Source: a virus
Lineage: Duplodnaviria; Caudoviricetes
Length of the DNA stretch: 49,193 bases
Strand: one strand, 5' to 3'
Virus record (IMG/VR): IMGVR_UViG_3300048852_000120
Span: 1-49,193 of that record
Made by a program: the position numbers and the translations under genes. Below, piece after piece: positions 37,198 through 45,646 of the stretch (position 1 is its first letter; each line of letters begins with the position of its first letter). The notes beneath the pieces are model-generated. The model saw only the letters and a list, made by a program, of their open reading frames with translations, searched no databases and was not told the origin of the DNA.

Positions 37198-37446
37198 TCA
37201 GGGAATCGAGGGAGCCGCTTCTTCAGCGGCCACGGCATCAGAGGCCCAGTCACGAAGGCTGACCTTACCGCCGGAGATCTCCTCGATACGGATCATGCGA
37301 TCGGCATCAGGACGACGCTCGCCATACTTCCACTTCTTCACGGCATAGGCCGTGCAGTGCATCGCTGAAGGGAGGCCTTCGTTGATCCTCTCAGCAAACA
37401 CAGCGTCGTCGAGTTTTTCCTCGCGCATGTATTCGAGTAATTTCAT
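37198..37446 (-). CDS. cro: Cro-like HTH repressor
   Basis: Divergent from cI; AVKKWKYGERRP...IEEISGGKVSLRDW. Confidence 0.82.
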   Translation of the reverse strand: MKLLEYMREEKLDDAVFAERINEGLPSAMHCTAYAVKKWKYGERRPDADRMIRIEEISGGKVSLRDWASDAVAAEEAAPSIP

Positions 37447-37450
37447 GACA

Positions 37451-37570
37451 TCCCAAACCGGTGAAACAACGACTTCCCCAAAAGTTTCCCGAAATGGGGA
37501 TGCTTGTCAAGAAATAAGTATCCCAAAATGGGGCGAGACAAAAGTTTCCCAGAACGTCACAGTTCCCGGC
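37451..37570. promoter_or_regulatory. OR-like operator and divergent promoter region
   Basis: TCCCGAAATGGGGA (37487) and TCCCAAAATGGGGC (37521) plus degenerate copies; minus-strand TTGACA at 37510-37505. Confidence 0.75.
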
Positions 37571-38293
37571 ATGGGGAATAATCTTAAAAAACTTAGAGAA
37601 ACCAAGGGCTGGACCCAGGACCAAGCCGGCGAGGCCATGGGCATCTCAAAGGGCGGCTACATCAAGCTCGAGCGCGGCGAGAGGCCGTTGAACAAGAAGC
37701 ACATCGAGCTTGCGATGAAGGCCTTTGGCGTTTCGGCCGTGGAAATCACCATGACGCCGGACGAGGCTGATATCTTCAATGCCCTCATGAGACAGCCTCC
37801 GCCGAACGGGCCGCGTGAATCCTCAACCGTCAACATGTCAGAGGCGGAGCACCTGCCGCAGCTTCCCAACTTCGGCGGACCGCGTGACATCCCTGAATAC
37901 GGAGCCGCCGCCGGCGGATCCCGCGGGAAGGCGGACTTCCGGTTCAACGGCCAGGTTGTGGACATGGCGCCTCGACCACCAGGCATCGCCAACAAAAAGG
38001 ATGTCTACTGCGTTCGAATCGTCGGCGACAGCATGGAGCCGAAGTACGAGGAAGGTGAGCGCTTGTATTTAGATCCGCACCGCCGACCAGCGATCATGGA
38101 TTACGTTGTCATCGAGCTAAAAAGCCAAGAAGAAGGCGAGCCGGGCGACGCTTTCATCAAGCGCTTGGTGCGGAAGACGCCAACGAAGTACATCGTGCAG
38201 CAGTTCAACCCCTCAAAAGAACTTGAGTTTGACATTGACGAAGTGAAGAACATGCACCGCGTCATCCCGCAGGACGAACTGCTCGGGATCTAA
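37571..38293 (+). CDS. cI: CI-like repressor (HTH_XRE plus S24 peptidase)
   Basis: LKKLRETKGWTQDQAGE HTH; Ala-Gly cleavage site (AAAGG); GDSMEP Ser and FIKRL Lys. Confidence 0.93.
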   Translation: MGNNLKKLRETKGWTQDQAGEAMGISKGGYIKLERGERPLNKKHIELAMKAFGVSAVEITMTPDEADIFNALMRQPPPNGPRESSTVNMSEAEHLPQLPNFGGPRDIPEYGAAAGGSRGKADFRFNGQVVDMAPRPPGIANKKDVYCVRIVGDSMEPKYEEGERLYLDPHRRPAIMDYVVIELKSQEEGEPGDAFIKRLVRKTPTKYIVQQFNPSKELEFDIDEVKNMHRVIPQDELLGI

Positions 38294-38296
38294 TTT

Positions 38297-38632
38297 TCAC
38301 TGAAAGAGCGGGCGGCGGGGCGGCATTGCTGATGCCGCCCTTTGCTTTGCTGGTGTCGCCTCACTCGGCTCCAGCGAGAGCTTTGTGCGGGCGGCCTCCA
38401 CGTTAGCCGGCGGGATGTTCGCCTTGGAATGGAGCTCGGTCAGCATTTCAGGATTGGCCGCGGCGTAATCGAGCACAGCCGGTAGGAAAAGCGGGAGTTT
38501 CGCTGTCTCTCTGAGGTTCTCGACACTGAGGCCGGTCACACCCAGGAAGCGGCTCAATCTGCCCGAATCCGAGCCAATGAACCCGAAGATCTCAATGGCT
38601 AGCAACTCTGCATCGTCTTTTGTCGTCATCAT
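38297..38632 (-). CDS. DUF3572-family protein
   Basis: AELLAI..FGFI..D..RL.RFL..TGL....LR..A..P.FLPAVLDY pattern. Confidence 0.78.
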   Translation of the reverse strand: MMTTKDDAELLAIEIFGFIGSDSGRLSRFLGVTGLSVENLRETAKLPLFLPAVLDYAAANPEMLTELHSKANIPPANVEAARTKLSLEPSEATPAKQRAASAMPPRRPLFQ

Positions 38633-38877
38633 GCTCGCCTCCCTGCACCCCTTGAGAACTCCGGCTCGATGATCTTGATGTTCCGCCCCTTGCCGTCACG
38701 TTCCGTGCAGGCACTGCAGCGGAGCTTATTGCCGAGCTGGTGAAAGGACTTGATGCCACCCTCGTCCAGCTGAGCGAGCCTCCAGCGCTGAAGCCTTCGG
38801 GTTCTTCCGCAGTCCTCACAGGCAACGTCCAAAGCCCTGACTGTCAGAAGCTCGCCCTTACTCCAATGCCGCATCAT
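38629..38877 (-). CDS. Small C4 zinc-finger protein
   Basis: CEDCGR...KLRCSAC; GAGG RBS; ATGA-coupled to the DUF3572 gene. Confidence 0.78.
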   Translation of the reverse strand: MMRHWSKGELLTVRALDVACEDCGRTRRLQRWRLAQLDEGGIKSFHQLGNKLRCSACTERDGKGRNIKIIEPEFSRGAGRRA

Positions 38878-38887
38878 AACCTCGCGT

Positions 38888-38902
38888 GTTCTCAATCTGT
38901 TC
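38888..38902 (-). promoter_or_regulatory. Alphaproteobacterial LexA (SOS) box 1
   Basis: GTTC-TCAATCT-GTTC, an exact GTTC-N7-GTTC, 10 nt upstream of the Zn-finger start. Confidence 0.8.
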
Positions 38903-38965
38903 TAAAAATGAGTAAACATTTGGAGGGAGTCGAGAGGGCTCAGAACTTGTCCTAGATTTCCACAG

Positions 38966-38980
38966 GTTCGCGCTGTGTTC
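38966..38980 (-). promoter_or_regulatory. Alphaproteobacterial LexA (SOS) box 2
   Basis: GTTC-GCGCTGT-GTTC, an exact GTTC-N7-GTTC. Confidence 0.65.
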
Positions 38981-39232
38981 ACGTTTGGGGCGGCCATCAA
39001 GGCCGTCCCCATGGCTCGACTGAGCAGCTTGGGAAGAGCGCAAACCTTTCGTGCGCGTGTGAGTAATAACTACGCACGTATGCGGGGTATATACTCAACC
39101 TATAAAGATAGAGGGTTAGAGAACTCGACGGATTGAGAGTAGGGACGCCGCTTTGAGGCGGCGCCCCTCACTGACCCTCTCACGTTTCAGAACTGTGGTT
39201 CCGCGCGAGACACCCCCAGCCCGGGCTTGATG

Positions 39233-39299
39233 CCCCAAAATGTAGCTGCAATAAATTTCCCATTTTGGGGTTGACGAAGTACCCCAAGTTGGGGATTCT
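39233..39299 (+). promoter_or_regulatory. OL-like operators and pL-like promoter
   Basis: CCCCAAAATGTAGC, TTCCCATTTTGGGG and CCCCAAGTTGGGGA around TTGACG(39271)-N17-GATTCT. Confidence 0.75.
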
Positions 39300-39324
39300 C
39301 TCTGTGTCGAAGCGGAGAGATCCA

Positions 39325-39537
39325 ATGCCCGCCACGCGGCTCAAGCCACAATCCACATCGCCTACCCTCCCGACCGAAACTATGGCCGCGGCTCTTGCCG
39401 CTAGCAGTCGTGACCTTGCTGACGATGCGATCTGCATCCAGATCCTCGTTGGTGCCAGCTTCTCCTGTGCCGAAATTCTCGATGGCTTGGATCTTGCTCA
39501 GGACCGCGCCCGCGAGCTGCTCGTGGAGGCTGCGTAA
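39325..39537 (+). CDS. Hypothetical early protein
   Basis: GGAG RBS; first gene after the pL-like promoter; TAATG coupling. Confidence 0.65.
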   Translation: MPATRLKPQSTSPTLPTETMAAALAASSRDLADDAICIQILVGASFSCAEILDGLDLAQDRARELLVEAA

Positions 39538-39785
39538 TGGCTATGACCACGATCTTCTCCGGCATGGGCTCGGCCTGCATGATCAAGTTCGCGAGCCACA
39601 CGGCAACCGTGCACCGCGCTAACCGTCCCCTCGAGGCGGACAATTTTCGGGCCACGTTCTGGTTCGACAACGGTGTTCGTGGACCGCGCGTGGTCGAGGG
39701 CTTCAGCACCTTCGCTGAGGCCCAGCGCTTCGCTCAGTCTGTCCTGCCTGATGGCTTCCTTCCCGCCGCGAGGGAGACTGCCTGA
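39537..39785 (+). CDS. Hypothetical early protein
   Basis: 82 aa, translationally coupled at both ends. Confidence 0.7.
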   Translation: MAMTTIFSGMGSACMIKFASHTATVHRANRPLEADNFRATFWFDNGVRGPRVVEGFSTFAEAQRFAQSVLPDGFLPAARETA

Positions 39786-40000
39786 TGCGCCTCCAACGCA
39801 AGATCAATTGGCCCGCCGCAATGCGCGACATGCGCAAGGAGCGGGAGAAGCAGGATCACCTGCGTGACGCTGCCCCGGATCTCTACCGTGTCCTGAAGAG
39901 AGCGCTCGACACGTGGGTGACTGGCGTGAACGGCGACAAGGTCTTCGCCGCCCACGCCGACGACATGCTGGCTGTACTGATGAAGGCGGAGGGTCGCTGA
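39785..40000 (+). CDS. Hypothetical early protein (AAPDL motif)
   Basis: DAAPDLYRVLK...LMKAEGR, a motif common in small phage proteins. Confidence 0.72.
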   Translation: MRLQRKINWPAAMRDMRKEREKQDHLRDAAPDLYRVLKRALDTWVTGVNGDKVFAAHADDMLAVLMKAEGR

Positions 40001-40001
40001 A

Positions 40002-40229
40002 ATGCTGAACCGCGAATTCTGCATTGCCCTGCTGTCGGATCACGACCACCTTGTTGAGGGCGGACCTCTCGACCTCGCCTATGACGCGGTCGTCGTCGCC
40101 CTTGGCTGGGAGGCTTTCACCGACGAGGCGCTGTCCATGATGGCAACCGAGATCATTCGGCTCTCTGGCGTGATGCCCGAGGCAGATCCCGTTGGAAACG
40201 TCCTCATCACCTCGCCTCGGAGGCACTGA
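40002..40229 (+). CDS. Hypothetical early protein
   Basis: GGAGG RBS; coupled to neighbouring genes. Confidence 0.65.
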   Translation: MLNREFCIALLSDHDHLVEGGPLDLAYDAVVVALGWEAFTDEALSMMATEIIRLSGVMPEADPVGNVLITSPRRH

Positions 40230-40327
40230 TGTCCTCTCAAGAACAACGCCGCGAGGGCTGGATGGTCCTCGGCTTCACCCTTGGTGCACTCGCCTTCCTC
40301 TTCATCGCCGGAGCCCTGCTGCAATGA
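40229..40327 (+). CDS. 32-aa single-TM peptide
   Basis: MSSQEQRREGWMVLGFTLGALAFLFIAGALLQ; GGAGG RBS; TGATG and ATGA overlaps. Confidence 0.65.
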   Translation: MSSQEQRREGWMVLGFTLGALAFLFIAGALLQ

Positions 40328-41247
40328 TCGAGCGTATTCCAGCAGGCGACCGCGCGACCTGGCTTGAGCTGCGCGGCAAGGATGTGACGGCCAGCGCAGC
40401 CGCGGCTCTCCTTAACGTCCATCCGTTCATCACAGCCTATGAGCTGTGGGCGCTGAAGGCCGGTAAGATCTCCGAGGATCCGGAAGAGACCGCGCCTATG
40501 AGACGCGGGAGACTCCTGGAGCCAGTAGCTGTGCAGATGCTTCGTGAGGAGCGTCCGACTTGGCGCATCACTCACAATAGCGGATCAGAACAGGTCTACC
40601 TCCGTGACTCGGCCATACGCATCGGTGCCACCCCTGACGTGATCGCTGTCGATCCGGATCGCGGCTCTGGGATCGTACAGGTCAAGACCGTAGAGCCTGG
40701 TGTGTTTCGCTCGAAGTGGGTCGCCGACGGCGAGGTCCAGCCCCCGCTCTGGATCGTGATCCAGGCGATCATCGAGGCAAAGCTCACCGGATCGTCCTGG
40801 GCCGCCGTTGCCCCGCTCGTGGTCGGCTTTGGTGTCGAGATGCCGATCGTTGAGATTCCGATCCACGACGGCGTCTACGACAAGATTAGCGCTGAGGTCG
40901 TGAGTTTCTGGGCAATGGTTGCCGCCGGGGAAGAACCCGAGCCCGACTATGCCAGAGACGATGCTCTGCTCTCTCGGCTTGATCGAGGCGACAACGGTCT
41001 GGAGGTCGACCTTTCGACCGACAACATGCTGCCCGAGCTGCTCGAGGAACGCGCGGAACTGAAGGCCCGCATCAAGGCCGATACCGACCGCACCAAAGAG
41101 ATCGATAGCGAAATCATCACGAAGATGGGCGCGCACGAACGCGCCTTCATTCCCGGCTGGCGGGTCTCTCGCCCGACCATCCGCCGTGCTGGCTACACCG
41201 TCCAGCCTACCACCTACCGCCAGCTCAAAATCTCTCCAGTGAAGTGA
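40324..41247 (+). CDS. YqaJ/lambda-exonuclease-family recombination nuclease
   Basis: WLELRGKDVTAS, RRGRLLEP, IGATPD and QVKT motifs. Confidence 0.9.
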   Translation: MIERIPAGDRATWLELRGKDVTASAAAALLNVHPFITAYELWALKAGKISEDPEETAPMRRGRLLEPVAVQMLREERPTWRITHNSGSEQVYLRDSAIRIGATPDVIAVDPDRGSGIVQVKTVEPGVFRSKWVADGEVQPPLWIVIQAIIEAKLTGSSWAAVAPLVVGFGVEMPIVEIPIHDGVYDKISAEVVSFWAMVAAGEEPEPDYARDDALLSRLDRGDNGLEVDLSTDNMLPELLEERAELKARIKADTDRTKEIDSEIITKMGAHERAFIPGWRVSRPTIRRAGYTVQPTTYRQLKISPVK

Positions 41248-41258
41248 GGAGTCTGTCT

Positions 41259-42017
41259 ATGCCTGCTGCTGCCTTGGCCGAAATCGGCCACAACAACCCG
41301 CCTCCGCTTCGGGAGGTACTGACTGAGAACTACGAGAGCCTGATCGCCGAGATTGAAGATCTCGCTGGAAAAGCGAACGAGGCTCCGAAGACGATCTCCG
41401 GAGACGAAGACGTCATCACCGTCGGCGAGATCGTGAAAGGTGCCAGGGACCTCTCTAAGCGCCTCGACAAGGCGCGCGATGCTGAGGGCCGCCCTCACCT
41501 CGAAGCCAAGCGCGAGATCGATGGGTTCTTCAAGGGTCACATGGAGCGGATCGATCGCGTCGCCCAGGTCCTGCAGAAGCGCGCCGATGACTACCAACGC
41601 GCCCGGGCGGCCGAGGAGCGGCGCAAGCGCGAAGAGGAAGCCCGCCGCCTCCGTGAAGAGGAAGAACGCCAGCGGGGGATCGCCCGTAGGGCTGAAGAGG
41701 CCAACCGCGCCAAGACGGCCGCCAAACACGAAGACAAGGCCGATGAGCTGGCAGAACGCCAAGTCGAAGCCGAAGCCTCGGCACAGGCCAGCAATGCCGA
41801 CCTGGTGCGGGTTCGCTCCGAGTCCGGCACCGTCGTATCCGCCAAGACCGAATGGAAGGGCGAGATCGTCTCCATGGAGGAGATCGATCTGAACAAGCTC
41901 CGCCCGTACCTCAAGCGAGACGACCTCCAGAAGGCTCTCAACACCTTCGTCCGCATGGGCGGCCGTGAACTGGCCGGCGCCCACATCTTCGAAGACGTCA
42001 AAGCTTCCTTCCGCTGA
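41259..42017 (+). CDS. Coiled-coil protein of the recombination module
   Basis: GAGGAG RBS; IGHNNPP N-terminus; long charged coiled coil between exo and recT. Confidence 0.7.
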   Translation: MPAAALAEIGHNNPPPLREVLTENYESLIAEIEDLAGKANEAPKTISGDEDVITVGEIVKGARDLSKRLDKARDAEGRPHLEAKREIDGFFKGHMERIDRVAQVLQKRADDYQRARAAEERRKREEEARRLREEEERQRGIARRAEEANRAKTAAKHEDKADELAERQVEAEASAQASNADLVRVRSESGTVVSAKTEWKGEIVSMEEIDLNKLRPYLKRDDLQKALNTFVRMGGRELAGAHIFEDVKASFR

Positions 42018-42045
42018 TCCCTGAACAATCGAGAAGAGCATATCC

Positions 42046-43449
42046 ATGAATGCTGTCGTTGAGACCAAAGCACCGAGCGCAATCGCTGTCGTTCGCCACC
42101 AGCTGGACGGAATGGAGGATCAGTTCCGGGCCGCTCTGCCGGCGCATATGCCCGTCGAACGGTTCAAGCGCGTCGTGATGACCGCGATCCAGAACAATCC
42201 TGAGCTGATGGAGTGTGACCGTCGCTCCCTATGGAACGCTGCCATGAAGGCAGCGCAGGACGGACTCCTGCCCGACGGCCGGGAAGGTGCAATGGTTGTC
42301 CGCAAGGACAAGAAGAGCCCGACCGGCAAGTCAGCCAACTGGCAGCCGATGATCGCCGGCATCCGCAAGAAGGCCCGCAACTCCGGAGAGATTGCCAGCT
42401 GGGACGCTCATGTGGTCTGTGAGGGCGACCACTTCCAGTTCCAGCTGGGCGACAACCCGCAGATCAACCACTCGTACGATCTGAGCACCGTTCGCGGCAA
42501 GATCGTTGGCGCCTACAGCGTCTGCACCCTCAAGGACGGTACGAAGTCCTACGAGGTGATGTCGATCAGCGACATCCACGCTATCCGCGACCGCTCAGAC
42601 GGCTGGAAGGCCTTCAAGGCAGGTTGGATCAAGTCCACGCCTTGGTCGACCGACGAGGGCGAGATGTGTCGCAAGACGGTTGCGCGCCGTCATTCCAAGG
42701 TCATTCCGATGTCCACTGACCTGGATGATCTCATCCGGCGCGATGACGATCTGTATGATCTCAAGGGCGCCAGCGACGCTGAGGTGAAGGGCCCGCGCCT
42801 TTCGATGACGGCTGCCCTTGACCAGCTGGCTGGCCCGAGCCTTGATCGTAATACTGATGATGCCGATGAGGCAGAGGAGCAGCCCGTCCGCGGCGGCACT
42901 GCCGAGCAGGCCCAGGCTGAACGCATCGATGACGGCAGTGGGCGTGTAGTGAAGGACAAGAACCCTGAGGCGCTGGGCACATCCAGTGCGGCAGGCGAAG
43001 CAGTCGAGGGCGAAGGTAGCGGCGTACAGCCCTCGGCCGCCGCTAATGACTTTCCTGGCGACAAGCCGATGAAGCAAACTCCTGACTTCGAAGCTCTCCT
43101 GGCTGAGTTCGAGCGAGACGCACCGAATGCCACGACGGAGGAGGAGCTGGGTGAGCTCGCCGCGGATCTGCGTCAGGCCATGGATAAACACCCGCCTTCC
43201 CGGGAGTTCCAGACGAAGGCTGCCAATGCCTGGCAGGATCAGATCGACCGCATCAAGGGCAAGGGCAGCAAGGCTGCGCAGAAGGCCGCCGGTGCCGCAG
43301 AGAAGGATCCTGACCACCAGAAGGGCTACAACGACGCCGCTCGTGGCGCATCCAAGTGCCTGAAGCAGGACATCCGCGACAATCCTGAGCGCCTGGCCAA
43401 GTGGCAGGCAGGATTCGACGCCTACAAGGCTGAAGGCGCGGAGGGCTGA
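42046..43449 (+). CDS. recT: RecT-family single-strand annealing protein with C-terminal extension
   Basis: ALPAHMPVERF, AAQDGLLPDGRE, KKARNSGEI and PWSTDEGEMCRKTVARR motifs. Confidence 0.92.
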   Translation: MNAVVETKAPSAIAVVRHQLDGMEDQFRAALPAHMPVERFKRVVMTAIQNNPELMECDRRSLWNAAMKAAQDGLLPDGREGAMVVRKDKKSPTGKSANWQPMIAGIRKKARNSGEIASWDAHVVCEGDHFQFQLGDNPQINHSYDLSTVRGKIVGAYSVCTLKDGTKSYEVMSISDIHAIRDRSDGWKAFKAGWIKSTPWSTDEGEMCRKTVARRHSKVIPMSTDLDDLIRRDDDLYDLKGASDAEVKGPRLSMTAALDQLAGPSLDRNTDDADEAEEQPVRGGTAEQAQAERIDDGSGRVVKDKNPEALGTSSAAGEAVEGEGSGVQPSAAANDFPGDKPMKQTPDFEALLAEFERDAPNATTEEELGELAADLRQAMDKHPPSREFQTKAANAWQDQIDRIKGKGSKAAQKAAGAAEKDPDHQKGYNDAARGASKCLKQDIRDNPERLAKWQAGFDAYKAEGAEG

Positions 43450-43452
43450 TCC

Positions 43453-44145
43453 ATGCTGCTACGCGTCATAGATTTCGAATCTACCGGGTTGCCGCCGGAT
43501 GCCGCCATTGTGGAGGTGGGTTGGTGCGATGTGATCGACGGTGTCGTTGGCGAGCAGGGAAGCATGCTCGTCAACCCAAAGCGTCCGATCGGCATTGAGG
43601 CTATGGCCGTCCACCATATCCGCGACCACGAAGTCGCGCATGCCCCGGCAATTGATCTCGGATTTCGCCGGCTTATGCAGGGCAGTCCGGATGTCTTCGT
43701 TGCCCACAATGCAGAGTTTGAAGAGCACTTTTTCTCAGGCGGCGGAAGGCCATGGATCTGTACCCTGAAGGTCGCGCGCCGGCTTTGGCCGGACGCACCG
43801 CGCCACACCAACAGCGTGCTCCGCTACTACCTTGAGCTGGACCTTGATGAGGAGCGCGCTATGCCTCCCCATCGTGCCGCTCCTGACGCCTACGTAACGG
43901 CTCACATCCTGGCGAAGGCTCTGCCCCTCGCCTCGATAGACGACATGGTCAAGTGGACCAAGCAGCCGTCTCTGCTTCCCCGCTGCACCTTTGGCCAGCA
44001 TTCCGGGAAGACCTGGGATGAAGTGCCGACCAACTATCTCACCTGGATGGCCGGCAACGAGGGGATGGATTCCGACAAGCGCTATACGGCGCGGCATCAC
44101 CTGAAGATGCGTGGCGTCGGTCAGCAGGGTCGGAGGGCATCATGA
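43453..44145 (+). CDS. DEDDh 3'-5' exonuclease (ExoX-like)
   Basis: IDFESTG, VAHNAEFE, HRAAPDAYVT; C-terminal FGQHSGKTWDEVPTNYLTW. Confidence 0.9.
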   Translation: MLLRVIDFESTGLPPDAAIVEVGWCDVIDGVVGEQGSMLVNPKRPIGIEAMAVHHIRDHEVAHAPAIDLGFRRLMQGSPDVFVAHNAEFEEHFFSGGGRPWICTLKVARRLWPDAPRHTNSVLRYYLELDLDEERAMPPHRAAPDAYVTAHILAKALPLASIDDMVKWTKQPSLLPRCTFGQHSGKTWDEVPTNYLTWMAGNEGMDSDKRYTARHHLKMRGVGQQGRRAS

Positions 44146-44351
44146 CCTTCACCAACGAGCAGCTCGCCGCCTGCGCTGAGCGCGAAGTGAAGCAGCGTCG
44201 TCGCGTCTATCCTCGCTGGGTCGAGGACGGGCGTATGTCGCAGGCCTTCGCAGACGAGCAGATCGCCCTGATGGAGTGGATTGCCTCCGACTACCGGGCG
44301 AAGGCCAATGCCGATTCCGCCAAGGGCGATCTCTTCGGAGGTGCCGCATGA
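44142..44351 (+). CDS. Conserved phage hypothetical protein
   Basis: QLAACAEREVKQRRRVYPRWVEDGRMS motif; ATGA coupling. Confidence 0.78.
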   Translation: MTFTNEQLAACAEREVKQRRRVYPRWVEDGRMSQAFADEQIALMEWIASDYRAKANADSAKGDLFGGAA

Positions 44352-44632
44352 CGCTCTGCAACGCCTGTGGCGTCCACATCGACGACTGGAAGCATCGGAC
44401 GGCATTTCTGTGCCCGCGCTGTGTCAGGTCCTGTCCTCCGAAGCTGATGACTGCCTACGAATCCGCATGCTCGGCCTTCGAGCGGTTCAGGAAGGAAGAG
44501 TACAGGCGCTCGCTAATCGGCTTGCTCCCTCGCGCAGGTCAGCGAGAGAAGCTTCTCGTGCGGATTTCGCGAGCTTGGTACGCGGCAAGGGCTGCCATCA
44601 AGGGCAGCCCGCATCTGAGGGCGGCGTCATGA
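44348..44632 (+). CDS. Zn-finger hypothetical protein
   Basis: CNACG...LCPRC; GGAGG RBS; ATGA coupling. Confidence 0.7.
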   Translation: MTLCNACGVHIDDWKHRTAFLCPRCVRSCPPKLMTAYESACSAFERFRKEEYRRSLIGLLPRAGQREKLLVRISRAWYAARAAIKGSPHLRAAS

Positions 44633-45010
44633 GCCTCACATAAGATCAGCAACGTTGTGCACGACGTTCCAGCGCAGCAAGACTCTCGGGCGTACGAGAC
44701 CGCTTATGCCCCTTAGGCAAGATCAGCATGTGCCCAGCGGGGAGTAAAATTGAAGCAGCGAACGAGAACACCACGATCAGAAACAAAAGAAAAGTCATTG
44801 GAATACTCATACTCAAAGCAGCGGTCGCAGGTGTCCGCGTCCTCAGTATGGTGGACGAGTATAGTTACCGGAGTGTTAGTGGCGATTGTAAGGGTCGCTC
44901 CTGGCCCAAAGAAATGAAAAAGGCCGCTGTTAAAGCGACCATTACCTATGTGGCCTCCGCAGCAAAGGACGGCTGCTCCTATGAGGAAGCGATAGATGTT
45001 TGAGGATCGA

Positions 45011-45646
45011 CTAAACATCATCAGCGGGTTGTCGACTAGCAATGCTTCGAAGCTGATCTTCGTCATGGATTGGCCCGAGAAGCTCACGAGCCTCTTTTGC
45101 GAGGGTCTCAAGCGCACCGAGCAACCGCACTACTCTCGATCGGAATTGGTCTGTGCTGATGATCCCATGACGCGTGCCGCGGCCCAGGCCGCGAGAAACT
45201 GTGTCATTATAGGTAGCAACCAACCAATAAAGTTGAGCAATGGTTTTCGGTGCTTCGCCCTGCAAGATATAGCTGTTGTCCAGCAAGGCACTATTGCTCA
45301 GCGTCGTCACAATGGACATCTCAGATATAGCTTCGACTTCGTGCGACGCGGCATTAGCGCCTGGCAGCAAAAGTTTGAGCCCATAGTCAAAGTGTTCGGA
45401 GACATACCGAATACGTCCAATCTCACGCTCAATGTCCAGAACTGCCGGCAGGATTCTGTAAGAGAGCGCTTTCGCGCGCACGTCTCGCTCGGCTGCGGCA
45501 TCTCTCTCTGCTTTGCGTTGCTGCCCTTGTGCTATCCAAAATGCCGCAGCGATGGCGGCGATAGCACCTATCGCCTGAACCCAAGAGGCGGTTCCCGGGT
45601 GCAGCTCAATCCACTTCAGCAGCCCGCCATGGACGTGTTCAACCAT
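45011..45646 (-). CDS. Antisense moron membrane protein (WVQAIG type)
   Basis: ASWVQAIGAIAAIAAAFWIA TM helix followed by a helical domain; lower GC; start uncertain. Confidence 0.72.
   Translation of the reverse strand: MVEHVHGGLLKWIELHPGTASWVQAIGAIAAIAAAFWIAQGQQRKAERDAAAERDVRAKALSYRILPAVLDIEREIGRIRYVSEHFDYGLKLLLPGANAASHEVEAISEMSIVTTLSNSALLDNSYILQGEAPKTIAQLYWLVATYNDTVSRGLGRGTRHGIISTDQFRSRVVRLLGALETLAKEARELLGPIHDEDQLRSIASRQPADDV

Noticed and set aside
37352-37570. N-terminal extension of cI in the ORF track
   Set aside because: Overlaps cro and the operators; the HTH begins right after ATG 37571
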